Positions 63,770 to 64,000 of a stretch of DNA of 64,000 bases are shown here, one piece after another (position 1 is the stretch's first letter; every line of letters starts with the position of its first letter). Location: the NCBI GenBank assembly GCA_035559795.1, contig DATMAR010000012.1:426664-490663 (forward strand), given 5' to 3'. This DNA is from Fimbriimonadales bacterium. GTDB lineage: Bacteria; Armatimonadota; Fimbriimonadia; Fimbriimonadales; ATM1. The notes beneath the pieces are model-generated. The model did no database searches. It was not told where the DNA came from and saw nothing but the letters and a program-made list of their open reading frames with translations. Both the position numbers and the translations under genes were made by a program.

Positions 63770-64000
63770 CGAACACCTGAATTATACGCTGTAGAGTTTA
63801 ATGCGTCAGTTCAGGTCATACATTACCACAAGCTAACAATCCCCCCGGATATTAGGGGGAGGTCACCTTCGCGACGTAACGCTCGCGTAATTGCCCGCGA
63901 CCTTGTGCGAGAGACTCTCTTGCGTCGAGATCTTCCCGTTCGCAACTCGCGTTTTGCTTTTTCCCGAGTCTCTTCGAAAACTTTTCCTTCTTTGGGGAGA

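Noticed and set aside
63824-64000. Possible 3' end of a - strand gene entering from the right edge (two open frames end at 63863 or 63824), followed by a TCCCCC-N9-GGGGGA hairpin at about 63840-63860
   Set aside because: Fewer than 60 codons are visible, the frame is ambiguous and the basic low-complexity translation has no recognisable motif. It cannot be supported as a feature.
1-64000. Mobile elements, prophage, genomic island boundaries, tRNA/rRNA genes
   Set aside because: No integrase, transposase, phage structural genes, long inverted or direct terminal repeats, or cloverleaf/T-loop signatures were seen in any intergenic region. Apart from the HEPN/MNT pair, the window looks like core chromosome.

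Overview
Dense, apparently chromosomal bacterial segment with about 60 protein-coding genes, short intergenic gaps and many 1-4 nt start/stop overlaps. I found no rRNA, tRNA, CRISPR array, transposase, integrase or phage gene. All protein calls rest on motifs recognised by eye in the supplied translations; no database search was possible. The content is mostly housekeeping and envelope functions. From left to right: glmS (5' end cut by the window), a Hanks-type Ser/Thr kinase, mscL, a HEPN/MNT pair, fbaB, plsC and prfB with its programmed +1 frameshift. Next come a tightly packed rhomboid / membrane protein / csaB / large beta-rich protein operon, nif3, an S9 peptidase, a vWA + FHA + FHA operon and nnr. 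These are followed by an ECF sigma / anti-sigma / RseB-like / HtrA operon, R3H-ATPase-tmk-darA-holB, ribBA-ribH and a short LeuA-family synthase. The right end holds a PEP-CTERM protein beside a polytopic membrane protein and a CPBP protease, an efp-accB-accC-nusB-folD block with two unexpected inserts, htpX plus a Spy/CpxP-like lipoprotein, and cydAB. The gene order (tmk-darA-holB; efp...accB-accC-nusB-folD), Csa[10 protein letters not shown] prepilin-like proteins and PEP-CTERM suggest a diderm member of the Terrabacteria such as Armatimonadota. That placement is inference only. Items most worth a second look: (1) the accB-position BCCP has lost its biotinyl-lysine and is translationally coupled to a Cys-rich polytopic membrane protein; (2) a REP-like hairpin repeat family occurs as tandem triplets at three loci plus one single copy; (3) there is a roughly tenfold excess of G/C homopolymer tracts of exactly 7-8 nt inside genes; (4) the membrane-anchored FHA/FHA/vWA operon; (5) the PEP-CTERM / membrane protein / CPBP protease neighbourhood; (6) the rhomboid-csaB envelope operon, where csaB lacks a canonical start codon. 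None of these can be declared a new system from sequence alone, so they are ranked as hypotheses.
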